Below, piece after piece: positions 51,170 through 59,874 of a DNA stretch of 64,000 bases. The notes under the pieces were generated by a model. The model ran no database searches, was not told the origin of the DNA, and saw only the letters and a list, made by a program, of their open reading frames with translations. Location of the stretch: assembly GCA_021774195.1 (NCBI GenBank), contig JAJFJJ010000049.1:33731-97730 (forward strand), given 5' to 3'. This stretch comes from Nitrosomonas sp. (GTDB taxonomy: Bacteria; Pseudomonadota; Gammaproteobacteria; Burkholderiales; Nitrosomonadaceae). Each line of letters starts with the position of its first letter. Within the stretch, counting starts at the first letter, position 1. The translations under genes and the position numbers were made by a program.

Positions 51170-51560
51170 GTAATTATTCAGTACACTGTGGTAACTGTTC
51201 AGATTGCCTCTAGAATTCATCAGTTCAACCTAGAAGAATCAGTTGAACACAGAATTTGTATTGAATCTAAGGTCACAAGACAAGGCGCCGTTCGCAGCCA
51301 ATGGCCGTAGTCCTTGGCAAGAGCGGCAACACAGTATAGTGGCCTTAGATTCAATGCAAAACTGTGTAGCGTTATTACAATCACCTTTATGGTGTGCAAA
51401 ACGCTTAGTTTTCATATTTGTAATTCAGTTACTTATATGCGGTTTTAGCGGTCAACTGATTTTTCTAGGTTCAAGGCACAAATGTGAGTTTACACGTGTA
51501 AATGATCATTTTGTAACGCAGAAATGGTGAATTCTAGGGGTGAACTGAATAGTTACTGAC
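51170..51560 (+). mobile_element. MITE-like repeat family B, full-length copy (about 390 bp)
   Basis: Termini gtaattattcagt... and ...ctgaatagttac are inverted, with a conserved ctagaattc/gaattctag inboard. An internal 29-nt-arm hairpin spans 51247-51276 and 51339-51367. Related copies lie at 59544-59685 and 57934-57971. Confidence 0.75.
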
Positions 51561-51568
51561 TTTTTTAT

Positions 51569-51958
51569 TTAAGAAGATGCAACCGTCTGCTGATGTTCAT
51601 CCGGTTTACATACGGCAATATGACGGATCAGCCCATCGGAAGAAAAATAGATGCGTTCCAAGCCATGTCTTTCGACCTGTTCACCCGATGCCGCATCTGT
51701 GCCGGTCATAATGAACTCAAACTCTACCCCATTGTTTTCAATAACCCGATATTCAGGGACCTTCCAGTGGACATCAGGGAAGCGGGAGAAAAAACTGACC
51801 ATCATTTCATGAATAGCGATACGGCCTTTATATTCGCCAAAAAAAGACGAGTGATAGGTGGCTTCACACATAAACAGGCATTCAATTGATTTAAGTTGGT
51901 GCTGGTTAGACAAATCAACATAGTTTTTTGCCAGATCAATCACATGCTTTGTATTCAT
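51569..51958 (-). CDS. SnoaL/NTF2-like fold protein
   Basis: 129 aa with the general pattern of NTF2-like small proteins. Overlaps the yaaA stop by 4 nt. Confidence 0.6.
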   Translation of the reverse strand: MNTKHVIDLAKNYVDLSNQHQLKSIECLFMCEATYHSSFFGEYKGRIAIHEMMVSFFSRFPDVHWKVPEYRVIENNGVEFEFIMTGTDAASGEQVERHGLERIYFSSDGLIRHIAVCKPDEHQQTVASS

Positions 51959-52743
51959 TTGATATTACCCTTGAATTCATCACGTAAAAAAATCCATTCG
52001 CGATCATCACTGCTATTGGCATCAAAACGATAACCAGCAAAATTAAACCCTTTGATGTCTTCCGGGTTTGTCAATTTATTCTGGATGATATAACGACTCA
52101 TGAGGCCGCGAGCTTTCTTAGCAAAAAAACTGATAATTTTATAAACCCCATTCTTTTGGTCTTTGAAGACGGGTGTAATAATATCCGCGTTTAATTTACT
52201 TGGCCGGACCGATTTGAAATATTCATTAGAAGCCAAGTTAATTAGAATGTTGGACTTTTGTTTTTTTAAATCCCGGTTGATTGCTTCGGTGATTTTATTG
52301 CCCCAGAATTCATACAAATTTTTGCCGCCATGATTTTGAAACTGGGTACCCATTTCCAGCCGATAGGCCTGCATCAAGTCCAAAGGACGTAGAACACCAT
52401 ATAAACCGGAAAGAATGCGCAAATGATCTTGGGCAAAAGTAAGTTCGGAAGCATTGAGTGATTCGGCCTCCAATCCGGTATACACATCGCCTTTAAATGC
52501 GAGTACTGTTTGTTTGGCATTTTCGGGTGTGAATGGACGGTGCCAATCGTAATATCGGTTGGAATTCAAAGTCGCTAGCTTCGGGCTGATGGACATCAGT
52601 TTGCCGATTTGGTCTGGCGCTAATGTACGCAACTGATCAATTAACGCGGCAGAATCGTCAAGAAATTCCGGTAGCGTGAATTGATCAGTGGTTGGTGGTG
52701 TTTCAAAATCCAGTGTTTTAGCTGGTGAAATAACAATAATCAT
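51955..52743 (-). CDS. yaaA: Peroxide stress protein YaaA (UPF0246/DUF328)
   Basis: [18 protein letters not shown]-terminus is diagnostic; 262 aa. Confidence 0.92.
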   Translation of the reverse strand: MIIVISPAKTLDFETPPTTDQFTLPEFLDDSAALIDQLRTLAPDQIGKLMSISPKLATLNSNRYYDWHRPFTPENAKQTVLAFKGDVYTGLEAESLNASELTFAQDHLRILSGLYGVLRPLDLMQAYRLEMGTQFQNHGGKNLYEFWGNKITEAINRDLKKQKSNILINLASNEYFKSVRPSKLNADIITPVFKDQKNGVYKIISFFAKKARGLMSRYIIQNKLTNPEDIKGFNFAGYRFDANSSDDREWIFLRDEFKGNIK

Positions 52744-52788
52744 GTGTTATTTTCTTGCAGGTAGGTTAAAGCGCTGGTTCGGCAACAA

Positions 52789-53232
52789 TCAGTCTTTACC
52801 TTCAAAATTATTGAACCAAACATTATAGACTTCATCCGGCCATAATGATTTGATCCATACAATCGTATCATCGACCTGTTGCTCGGTGAGTTTTCCTTCC
52901 CAGGCTGGCATGGAGCCAAATTCCGGCGGCCCACCTTTCAGAATTGTCTTTTTCAGCACGGCGGTTGAATGATGCCAGGTGTGGGCCGTGCCGTTCAGCG
53001 GTGGTGGGGGATATTTCCCATCCGGCCCGGTTTTGCGCCAGTCAGGGGTACCCACGCCATCGACACCATGACAAGGCACACAATTGGCATCATAAACGGC
53101 CTTGCCTCGTTTGATCTGGTTTAGATCAAAATTTCTAACCACAAAGCCCGTTTCAGGATCAATTTGATGCTGATCAGCACAACCGACAATCAGTGCGGTG
53201 ATGCTGATCAGCAATAAAGTACGAATAGTCAT
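52789..53232 (-). CDS. Lipoprotein c-type cytochrome
   Basis: Lipobox IVGCAD, haem motif CVPCHG, and a distal Met in GSMPAW. Confidence 0.82.
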   Translation of the reverse strand: MTIRTLLLISITALIVGCADQHQIDPETGFVVRNFDLNQIKRGKAVYDANCVPCHGVDGVGTPDWRKTGPDGKYPPPPLNGTAHTWHHSTAVLKKTILKGGPPEFGSMPAWEGKLTEQQVDDTIVWIKSLWPDEVYNVWFNNFEGKD

Positions 53233-53247
53233 TGATCGAACGGCCTG

Positions 53248-53784
53248 TTATTTCAAACGCATCACGGAAGCATTTTCGGCCGGGGCTGCAGGTGCCGGTA
53301 CTGGTGTTGCCGCTTTTTTAGCATACGGATCGTAACGATTATAAATAACGGTGTCTCTGCGCGTATCGTTGGGTTCTTTAACCAATAACACGTTGTATGG
53401 GTCAACACGTGAACCTTCCATACCTGGCGAACCGTGTGGCATGTCTGGAACGGCTAAACCCAGTGCATTAGGTCTTTCTCTGAGGAAACGAATAATGTCC
53501 GGCGCGGGAATATGCCCTTCCATCACATAACCATTGACCACTGCGGTATGGCAGGAGCCCAGGCTATTGGACATGCCCATTTTTTTTCTGATATCTTTAT
53601 TGCCGACATCGTGCGTTTTGACCGTAAAACCGTGGTCGCGCATGTGATCAACCCACTTGGAACAGCAGCCGCAAGTGGGGCTTTTATAGACATCAACAGT
53701 GGTTGTTGCAACCGCATTGGAAGTCATGCTCAATAAGCTTGCAGCAAAGATTGTTCCGGCTAAAAAGGTAACTCGTATTTTCAT
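53248..53784 (-). CDS. DUF411 (CopG-like) periplasmic metal-binding protein
   Basis: Signal peptide and the CGCCSKWVDHM motif. The ATG at 53784 follows GGAGGAAAAA and overlaps the upstream stop as ATGA; the ORF track starts at 53841. Confidence 0.85.
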   Translation of the reverse strand: MKIRVTFLAGTIFAASLLSMTSNAVATTTVDVYKSPTCGCCSKWVDHMRDHGFTVKTHDVGNKDIRKKMGMSNSLGSCHTAVVNGYVMEGHIPAPDIIRFLRERPNALGLAVPDMPHGSPGMEGSRVDPYNVLLVKEPNDTRRDTVIYNRYDPYAKKAATPVPAPAAPAENASVMRLK

Positions 53785-54248
53785 TTTTCCTCCACAAATA
53801 TTTTTCCACGCATTATCTTGAAATGACCCGGTAATGGGCAAGCAAAATCTATCGTTCCTGCGCTAATAAACTTCCAGATTAGTTCCTTTTTTTCACCCGG
53901 CTCAAATTGTATTAAACCGGCTTCTGAAAGATCTTTTTCAGGGAACATGCGCCTAATTTTGGCATATTTCTTTAAGTCTGCCATAGAACCAATTAACATT
54001 TCATGTTTTTTGTTACCGCCATTTTTGATAACAAACTTAATCGTTTCACCTTCCAACACGGTAATCTCGGCGGGTAAAAACATATTATCCACCAGTGTCA
54101 GCTTGATGATACGAGTAACTTCACTCGGGTCTGTTATTTTGCTGATAACAATGTTTGATTCTAGTTTGGAACGATTGGTGCTTGAATAAAGATTGCTTGA
54201 AAACAAGATCAAGGCCACAAATGCTATAATTAATGCGAACCTGTTCAT
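53781..54248 (-). CDS. Cupredoxin (plastocyanin/azurin-like type-1 copper protein)
   Basis: Signal peptide. HEMLIG plus CPLPGHFKIM supply the His/Cys/His/Met ligand pattern. Confidence 0.82.
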   Translation of the reverse strand: MNRFALIIAFVALILFSSNLYSSTNRSKLESNIVISKITDPSEVTRIIKLTLVDNMFLPAEITVLEGETIKFVIKNGGNKKHEMLIGSMADLKKYAKIRRMFPEKDLSEAGLIQFEPGEKKELIWKFISAGTIDFACPLPGHFKIMRGKIFVEEK

Positions 54249-54378
54249 AGGATTCTCCTAAATAATTATTTTAGAACCCAGCTATTCGTCCATCATTAGA
54301 ATGTAGCAATGCTAAATCGTTCCTTCACTTTTGTCCATCCTTCACCCATTACTTGTCGGCCCATTATAAAGCATTAAA

Positions 54379-55263
54379 ATGACACACAAAAAAGAGCGCT
54401 ATAATTCAAACAAATTACATAAACGCCTACGGCGTCAGGTTGGAACGGCGATTGCGGACTTCAACATGATTGAAGCTGGTGACCGGGTGATGGTTTGTCT
54501 GTCTGGTGGCAAGGATAGCTACGCGCTACTGGATATTTTGACCAACTTGCAAGCCCATGCGCCATTGGAATTTGAACTGATCGCTGTCAATTTGGACCAA
54601 AAACAACCCGGCTTCCCAGAGCAAGTTTTGCCCGAATACCTGACTAAGATTGGTATGCCCTTCCATATTGTTGAGCAAGATACCTATAGCGTGGTTAAAC
54701 GGGTGATTGCCGAAGGAAAAACCACTTGCAGCCTTTGTTCACGTTTACGTCGTGGAGTGCTGTATCGTGTCGCCAGCGAACTGGGTGCGACTAAAATTGC
54801 TTTAGGCCATCACCGTGATGATATTTTGGAAACGCTTTTCCTCAACATGTTTTATGGCGGCAAGCTCAAAGCCATGCCGCCCAAACTGGTTAGTGACAAC
54901 GGCCAGCACATTGTGATTCGCCCCTTGGCATATTGCAAAGAAAAGGACTTGGCCGCGTATGCGGCGATTACTGATTTTCCCATTATTCCGTGCAATTTAT
55001 GCGGCACGCAGCCAAACATGCAACGCCAAGTCATCAAGGAGATGATGCAGCAATGGGACAAGCAGTTTCCCGGTAGGTTAGAGACGATGTTTAGAGCGAT
55101 TCAAAATGTTCAGTTATCACATTTGGCAGATACCGGTCGCTATGACTTTTGTCATTTAAAAACGCAAGACAGTCCTGTTGTAGATGGTGATATTGCATTT
55201 GATGAGGAAATATTTGAACCCACTATCGAAGAATTGACGGTATCGGTTTCGGAATCTTCTTAG
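54379..55263 (+). CDS. ttcA: tRNA 2-thiocytidine(32) biosynthesis protein TtcA
   Basis: PP-loop SGGKDS with CSLC and CNLC cysteine pairs. Confidence 0.94.
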   Translation: MTHKKERYNSNKLHKRLRRQVGTAIADFNMIEAGDRVMVCLSGGKDSYALLDILTNLQAHAPLEFELIAVNLDQKQPGFPEQVLPEYLTKIGMPFHIVEQDTYSVVKRVIAEGKTTCSLCSRLRRGVLYRVASELGATKIALGHHRDDILETLFLNMFYGGKLKAMPPKLVSDNGQHIVIRPLAYCKEKDLAAYAAITDFPIIPCNLCGTQPNMQRQVIKEMMQQWDKQFPGRLETMFRAIQNVQLSHLADTGRYDFCHLKTQDSPVVDGDIAFDEEIFEPTIEELTVSVSESS

Positions 55264-55375
55264 ACACTACTTAACGAGCGGTTCAATTGTCACATCGTTT
55301 GTAACGGTAGTTTTGCTGTGAACACATTGTGTTAAGCTAGAATTACGCTGATGATGAAAAAACTCGGGGTGGATT

Positions 55376-57751
55376 ATGAGTGCTAACCAAAACAAAACGG
55401 AAAGTAAAATACCCAATCGTGGGGAATTACAACAACGGTTGCAAGTATTGGTCGAACGCGACCGTGAGGCTCTGGCAGTATTTGCTGCACGATGCGCGTT
55501 GCGGGTACTGCCTTTAACTGCCGTCAAAGGTGCTTTTAACTATTGGCCTAGCGAGAAACAGCAAGCGTATGCACACAGTGTTTTTGCCGCTAGTGTGATG
55601 GGACTGGCGTATAAAGAGACGGCTCATTTTGTTGCTATCGCCACCGCTGCTTCTGCTGCTGCGACCGATGCCTCAGTTTCCTCTTCTCCCACTTACGACG
55701 ACGTTGCCGCCGCCTCAGCCGCCTATGCCACTACCGCTGCCTATGCTGCCGCTACAACCTACGCCTCTGCTGCTACTGCCGCCTATAATGACGCCACTGC
55801 TGCCGCTGCCGCCACCTACGCCGCCGCTTCCTCCGCTTCCTCTGATTTGGTTTTGTTGGAGCAAGGTGAGGTGTTGTCAGTTAAACAAAGTGCGTTGTGG
55901 CTGGGTCAGCGTCCTTCTAGAAGCGCGGAACAAGTTGATGCCTGGTCAGAGGCCATGAGGGCTTTGAAACTGAGTGAGTTGGCGCAATTTTATGGCGATT
56001 TGTTGCGAGGTGAGCGGTATTCTAGTGACAGATTACTTGGATTGATTCATGATTGGTATGAGCAATATGGTTATCAATATACTAAGAAAATAGAAGTCAA
56101 AATTAAAAAACCTAAAGCCAAAACCAAAGACCAAAGTCGAGCTAAGGCAAAAATCCAGGTTGAATCAGATTTGTTGCCGAAAGAAACTGCTTCGTTGCCA
56201 AAAGAAACTGTTAGATATGAACAAACTCATGCCAATATATATGATGGGTTGGCCGAGAGAGATGCTTTGGGACGCCAACAACTGGCTGAAGCGATGGTTG
56301 CTATTTTGTCGGCTAAAGAAAACCATCAACATCAAACCATTGGTTTACTTGGCGATTGGGGAGCGGGCAAGAGTACGTTCGTTAATTTGCTCAAGCAATC
56401 CATACAGGAAAAATCAAAGATTCCCTTTTTATTCGCCGAATTTAACGCCTGGGAATATGTGCATACCGGTAACATACAAGCCGGTATGACCCGTGAGGCG
56501 TTGAAAGGTCTTGTTAGTGATTTAGGTTGGTGGCAAAAGCTTGATTTAGCTTGGAAATTTACTTGGCAAGAAAAACCTTGGTATGTGTATCGCCTATTGC
56601 TGGCAACGGCCGGGTTGATTATAGGGACTATAGTTGGTTCACTTCAGTTTGATGGTTGGGAGCAATTTTTCGCATGGATCGGATTGGGTAGTGTGAGTGC
56701 TTTGATCATCTGGAAATTTATTTGTTCATTACAAGCACTATTCAATAGCCCCTTGGTGAAAGAATGGAAAAGTGTATTAAACCAAGCGGATCACGATCAT
56801 TATCTAGGCACGATTCCGGTGATGAAGCAGCAGATTCGCAAGTTATGTAAATTAAGGTTGGGTTTAGGCAAAGATAAACCAGCTGCTGCACAAAAACGTT
56901 TGTTATTTGTGGTGGATGATTTGGACCGTTGTAATCATATTGACGTGGTCAAAATCTTGGAAGCTGTGCGTCTGATTATGGGAGTACCGCAGGTGACGGT
57001 AATTATTGCGATTGATCAACGCATTGCATTAGCCTCGTTAGCATTGCATTACAAAGACTTGGAAGAATCTCATGTGGGACGAGATCCGGGTACGATTGCG
57101 CGGGATTATCTGGGTAAGGTGATTCAAATGCCGGTTCAGCTACATGCTGCGGATGGAAATACAGTGACCTCATTTATCAATCAAGTGTTGTTGAATGATG
57201 CGGAGAAACCCATACTAAAAAAAACTTCGGGAGTTCCAAATCGTCCAAATAAAAATGAACACTCAACACCATCTAATCCGCTTGATATGGAACTGCTTGG
57301 ATCAGGGCCAGATTCACTTTACCCTTTAGGCAAAGGCGTATCAGAGAAGCCATCATTCAAAGTGCCTGTCATAGGAAAAATTGAATATCAATTAAGTCCA
57401 AAGGAAAAACAAGTATTCAAAGATCGTGTCAAGCAGTTTGGGTTCCATAACCCTCGCCAGATTAAGCGTTTGTATAACAGCTTTAATTTATTGCGTCATC
57501 TGAATGGTAGTGATCAAGCTGATGACCATATGTTGGTACTATTTTGGTTGGAGTATTTGAATAGCTCATCAGAAAATGAAGCTGGCTCTGGCAAGAACAA
57601 GGATTTAATGACATTAAATACTGAACGTTATCAGGTCATTGAAAAACAAGTGAAACCGTTTGTGCTGCCAGCGTTGGATAAGTCTTTGAGTGAAAATGTG
57701 AGTAGCCCTAGTACTAGACCAATGGATACTGGATTCACTGATGAAATTTAA
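55376..57751 (+). CDS. KAP-family P-loop NTPase with TM helices inserted in the NTPase domain and an Ala/Thr/Tyr-rich N-terminal module
   Basis: Walker A GDWGAGKST (about 56351-56377) and Walker B LLFVVDDLDRC (about 56901-56933), separated by two hydrophobic helices (VYRLLLATAGLIIGTIVGSL and FFAWIGLGSVSALIIWKFICSL). C-terminal NPRQIKRLYN motif. Confidence 0.88.
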   Translation: MSANQNKTESKIPNRGELQQRLQVLVERDREALAVFAARCALRVLPLTAVKGAFNYWPSEKQQAYAHSVFAASVMGLAYKETAHFVAIATAASAAATDASVSSSPTYDDVAAASAAYATTAAYAAATTYASAATAAYNDATAAAAATYAAASSASSDLVLLEQGEVLSVKQSALWLGQRPSRSAEQVDAWSEAMRALKLSELAQFYGDLLRGERYSSDRLLGLIHDWYEQYGYQYTKKIEVKIKKPKAKTKDQSRAKAKIQVESDLLPKETASLPKETVRYEQTHANIYDGLAERDALGRQQLAEAMVAILSAKENHQHQTIGLLGDWGAGKSTFVNLLKQSIQEKSKIPFLFAEFNAWEYVHTGNIQAGMTREALKGLVSDLGWWQKLDLAWKFTWQEKPWYVYRLLLATAGLIIGTIVGSLQFDGWEQFFAWIGLGSVSALIIWKFICSLQALFNSPLVKEWKSVLNQADHDHYLGTIPVMKQQIRKLCKLRLGLGKDKPAAAQKRLLFVVDDLDRCNHIDVVKILEAVRLIMGVPQVTVIIAIDQRIALASLALHYKDLEESHVGRDPGTIARDYLGKVIQMPVQLHAADGNTVTSFINQVLLNDAEKPILKKTSGVPNRPNKNEHSTPSNPLDMELLGSGPDSLYPLGKGVSEKPSFKVPVIGKIEYQLSPKEKQVFKDRVKQFGFHNPRQIKRLYNSFNLLRHLNGSDQADDHMLVLFWLEYLNSSSENEAGSGKNKDLMTLNTERYQVIEKQVKPFVLPALDKSLSENVSSPSTRPMDTGFTDEI

Positions 57752-57933
57752 AATTGTGAACGGTCTGAATGGATCGTGCTAGCACAGCACAATCGCCAAG
57801 ACACTTTCGAAATTCACCAAAATAACTGTGATCTGATGCCTTTTCTTCAAGACTCAGATCACAGAATCATTTGCCAGAAGAATCTCCTGTAAAGCGCCAT
57901 TTGTAAAAATCTAGATTTCATCCCAACAGAGGA

Positions 57934-57971
57934 TTTAGGGCCAATCAGAACAGTTACCACAATACACTGAA
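57934..57971 (-). repeat. Solo terminal fragment of repeat family B
   Basis: tttagggccaatcagaacagttaccacaatacactgaat matches the end of the B copies (compare 59645-59681). Confidence 0.65.
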
Positions 57972-58042
57972 TCGTTCTGCTTGGCATTTCGGTGGATTTC
58001 AAGACATAATGATCGCTAACTAAAATTATCTATTTTGGGTTC

Positions 58043-58286
58043 TTTATCCTAAAATCCTTAGTTGGATGGTGTTTAGAGTGCGCTATTGTTTCTTTTTGGC
58101 AAGGCGCAATGAGGAGTAATAACGAGTTATTGCAACGAATTGCAACACGGCTAAAATGAAAGAATAGCGTGCTATAAACATCATAGCGGGGTTCACCAAA
58201 AAGGTATGTATTATATTAAAAATATTATTTGTAATTTCATGAGGTTGGTTGTTTTTGTAGCGATCAACTGAGGAATTTGGGTTTAT
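58043..58286 (+). mobile_element. MITE-like repeat family A, copy 2 (244 bp)
   Basis: Same inverted termini and TTTAT flanks as copy 1. Its last bases (gtttAT) run into the ATG at 58285. Confidence 0.85.
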
Positions 58287-59547
58287 GAGTGATGCAGCGA
58301 CAATAAACGATTATCTTGTCCAACAGAAGGAATCCCAAGTAATCGAAAATAAACAGGAATCAGGCCATTGCTTTGTGCCACCAGAGGAAGATGGATTGCC
58401 GCCTGAATGGCTCTATCTTAGTAATCATTTGCATGACCGGCTTGAGGCCGTTCGTGCAGATAAGAAAAGCAAATCCACCATCCTATGTGTTCCAATTCCG
58501 GATAATGGTTCCATCCCAAGAATGCTTAATCGAGTCTTCAATATTGACGCGGTTAATCAAATGGTTGGCAAGGCCCTTGGCACCGGCGAACAACCGACAC
58601 CCGATGTGGATGTTAATATCGATGATGACCATGCCTTCTTTGAAGCAGAAATTGAGGAGGAGGATGAGATTGATCAAGATAACCGGCAAGAGATCCGCGC
58701 CACTGGCGTATTAAAATTTTTTGATCTGGTTCCAGACTGGTTGTCCAGTAAACTGGATGCATCAATTGTCCCGTTTGAAGACAGATGGCTCGCTACATTG
58801 GACATCAATATCAAAAGCACCGGGCACATCATGGTCAGCCCAATCCCGCTTGGTATGCCATTGGATTCCACCAATAAAAGAATTATCGTCACCTCTTTTA
58901 TGAAAGGCACGGTCAACTCCAATCAAGATGTACCCTATCCGATGGATGTCGAATTTGATTATGACCCAATGCTAGGCTTTCTCGACGATGATATTGATAT
59001 TCCAGGTGAAGGGGTAAAAACGATCATGACGATTAATGAAATTTATGATTCTGGCGCGACAGTCGACCAACAAATTAAAACGCTCAACAAAGCTGGCGCC
59101 GAACAAGAAAACTTCGTAAATAGCGTCGTGGCCGAGGTCATACCTGACAAGCAAGATGATGATCAAGAATTCGAAGCCGTGGAAGATGATGAATTATTAG
59201 AAGTGGAATTAACATTAACTGGTCATCGCAAAGAAGAGATTGAGCTAATACTAGAGCAGCAGGTCGTATTGTATGTGCATCCAGACCAAGTTGAATATGC
59301 AAAAGCGCAATTGGCTGAAAGTCTGATTTTTTTTACTGCCGATATGTCACTTTCGGTCGGCTTGTATAATCCCGGTGCGCCGCCGAATGGCCTTGAGAAT
59401 GTCGAGGAAAATGATTTCCTGCAGTTCTACCTAAATATTAAAGAAGGCAATGGTGGTAAGCTGGAAGACGCGATCATTTTACATGGCGGACCGTTACTGG
59501 CACTTGCTAAAATAAAGTTGCCCAATCTAAATATAAAAGAAAAGTAA
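58285..59547 (+). CDS. Very acidic hypothetical protein (420 aa), no recognisable domain
   Basis: Long ORF with Asp/Glu-rich runs (IDDDHAFFEAEIEEEDEIDQD, DKQDDDQEFEAVEDDELLE). A GAGGA Shine-Dalgarno-like sequence lies 10 nt upstream, inside the MITE. Confidence 0.65.
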   Translation: MSDAATINDYLVQQKESQVIENKQESGHCFVPPEEDGLPPEWLYLSNHLHDRLEAVRADKKSKSTILCVPIPDNGSIPRMLNRVFNIDAVNQMVGKALGTGEQPTPDVDVNIDDDHAFFEAEIEEEDEIDQDNRQEIRATGVLKFFDLVPDWLSSKLDASIVPFEDRWLATLDINIKSTGHIMVSPIPLGMPLDSTNKRIIVTSFMKGTVNSNQDVPYPMDVEFDYDPMLGFLDDDIDIPGEGVKTIMTINEIYDSGATVDQQIKTLNKAGAEQENFVNSVVAEVIPDKQDDDQEFEAVEDDELLEVELTLTGHRKEEIELILEQQVVLYVHPDQVEYAKAQLAESLIFFTADMSLSVGLYNPGAPPNGLENVEENDFLQFYLNIKEGNGGKLEDAIILHGGPLLALAKIKLPNLNIKEK

Positions 59548-59685
59548 CTATTCAGCATACATTAAGAATCCATCATTTCTGTGTTACAAAATGATCATTT
59601 ACACGTGTAAACTCACATTTTTCGCCTTGAACTGATGAATTCTAGGGGCAATCAGAACAGTTACCGAAATATACTGAATAATTAC
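59544..59685 (-). mobile_element. MITE-like repeat family B, internally deleted copy (about 140 bp)
   Basis: Joins the reverse complement of B1's right part (about 51480-51560) to the reverse complement of B1's left end (51170-51230). The terminus gTAActattcag contains the stop codon of the acidic ORF. Confidence 0.75.
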
Positions 59686-59874
59686 CCATAAGTTTTATCT
59701 TATAGGTAATAATCCAGAAGAAACAGTAGGTTATTCTGCGCGTGTATAATTCCCCTGAAATTAATCGATATGTAATTGTAAAAATGTATCAAACATATCC
59801 ATTTCCTGCAGGAAGTATGAGAACATTATTTGAATAGAAGGTAACTGTACGCAATAGGATATGAAGAACTAAAC

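Noticed and set aside
51243-51530. 95-aa ORF between trmJ and the SnoaL-like gene
   Set aside because: It lies entirely inside MITE-like repeat B1. Parts of the same DNA recur elsewhere in the opposite orientation and with a large internal deletion, which is incompatible with a conserved protein.
55267-55527. 86-aa minus-strand ORF overlapping the KAP start
   Set aside because: It overlaps the well-supported KAP N-terminus, is Arg/Ser/Cys-rich and has no motif. It is likely spurious.
55629-55958. 109-aa Pro/Leu-rich ORF (MLLSPPLLLLLRPMPQFPLLPL...) in the track
   Set aside because: It is the +1 reading of the GCY/ACY-rich Ala/Thr/Tyr tract inside the KAP gene. Its composition is a frame artefact of that repeat, and it has no independent start context.
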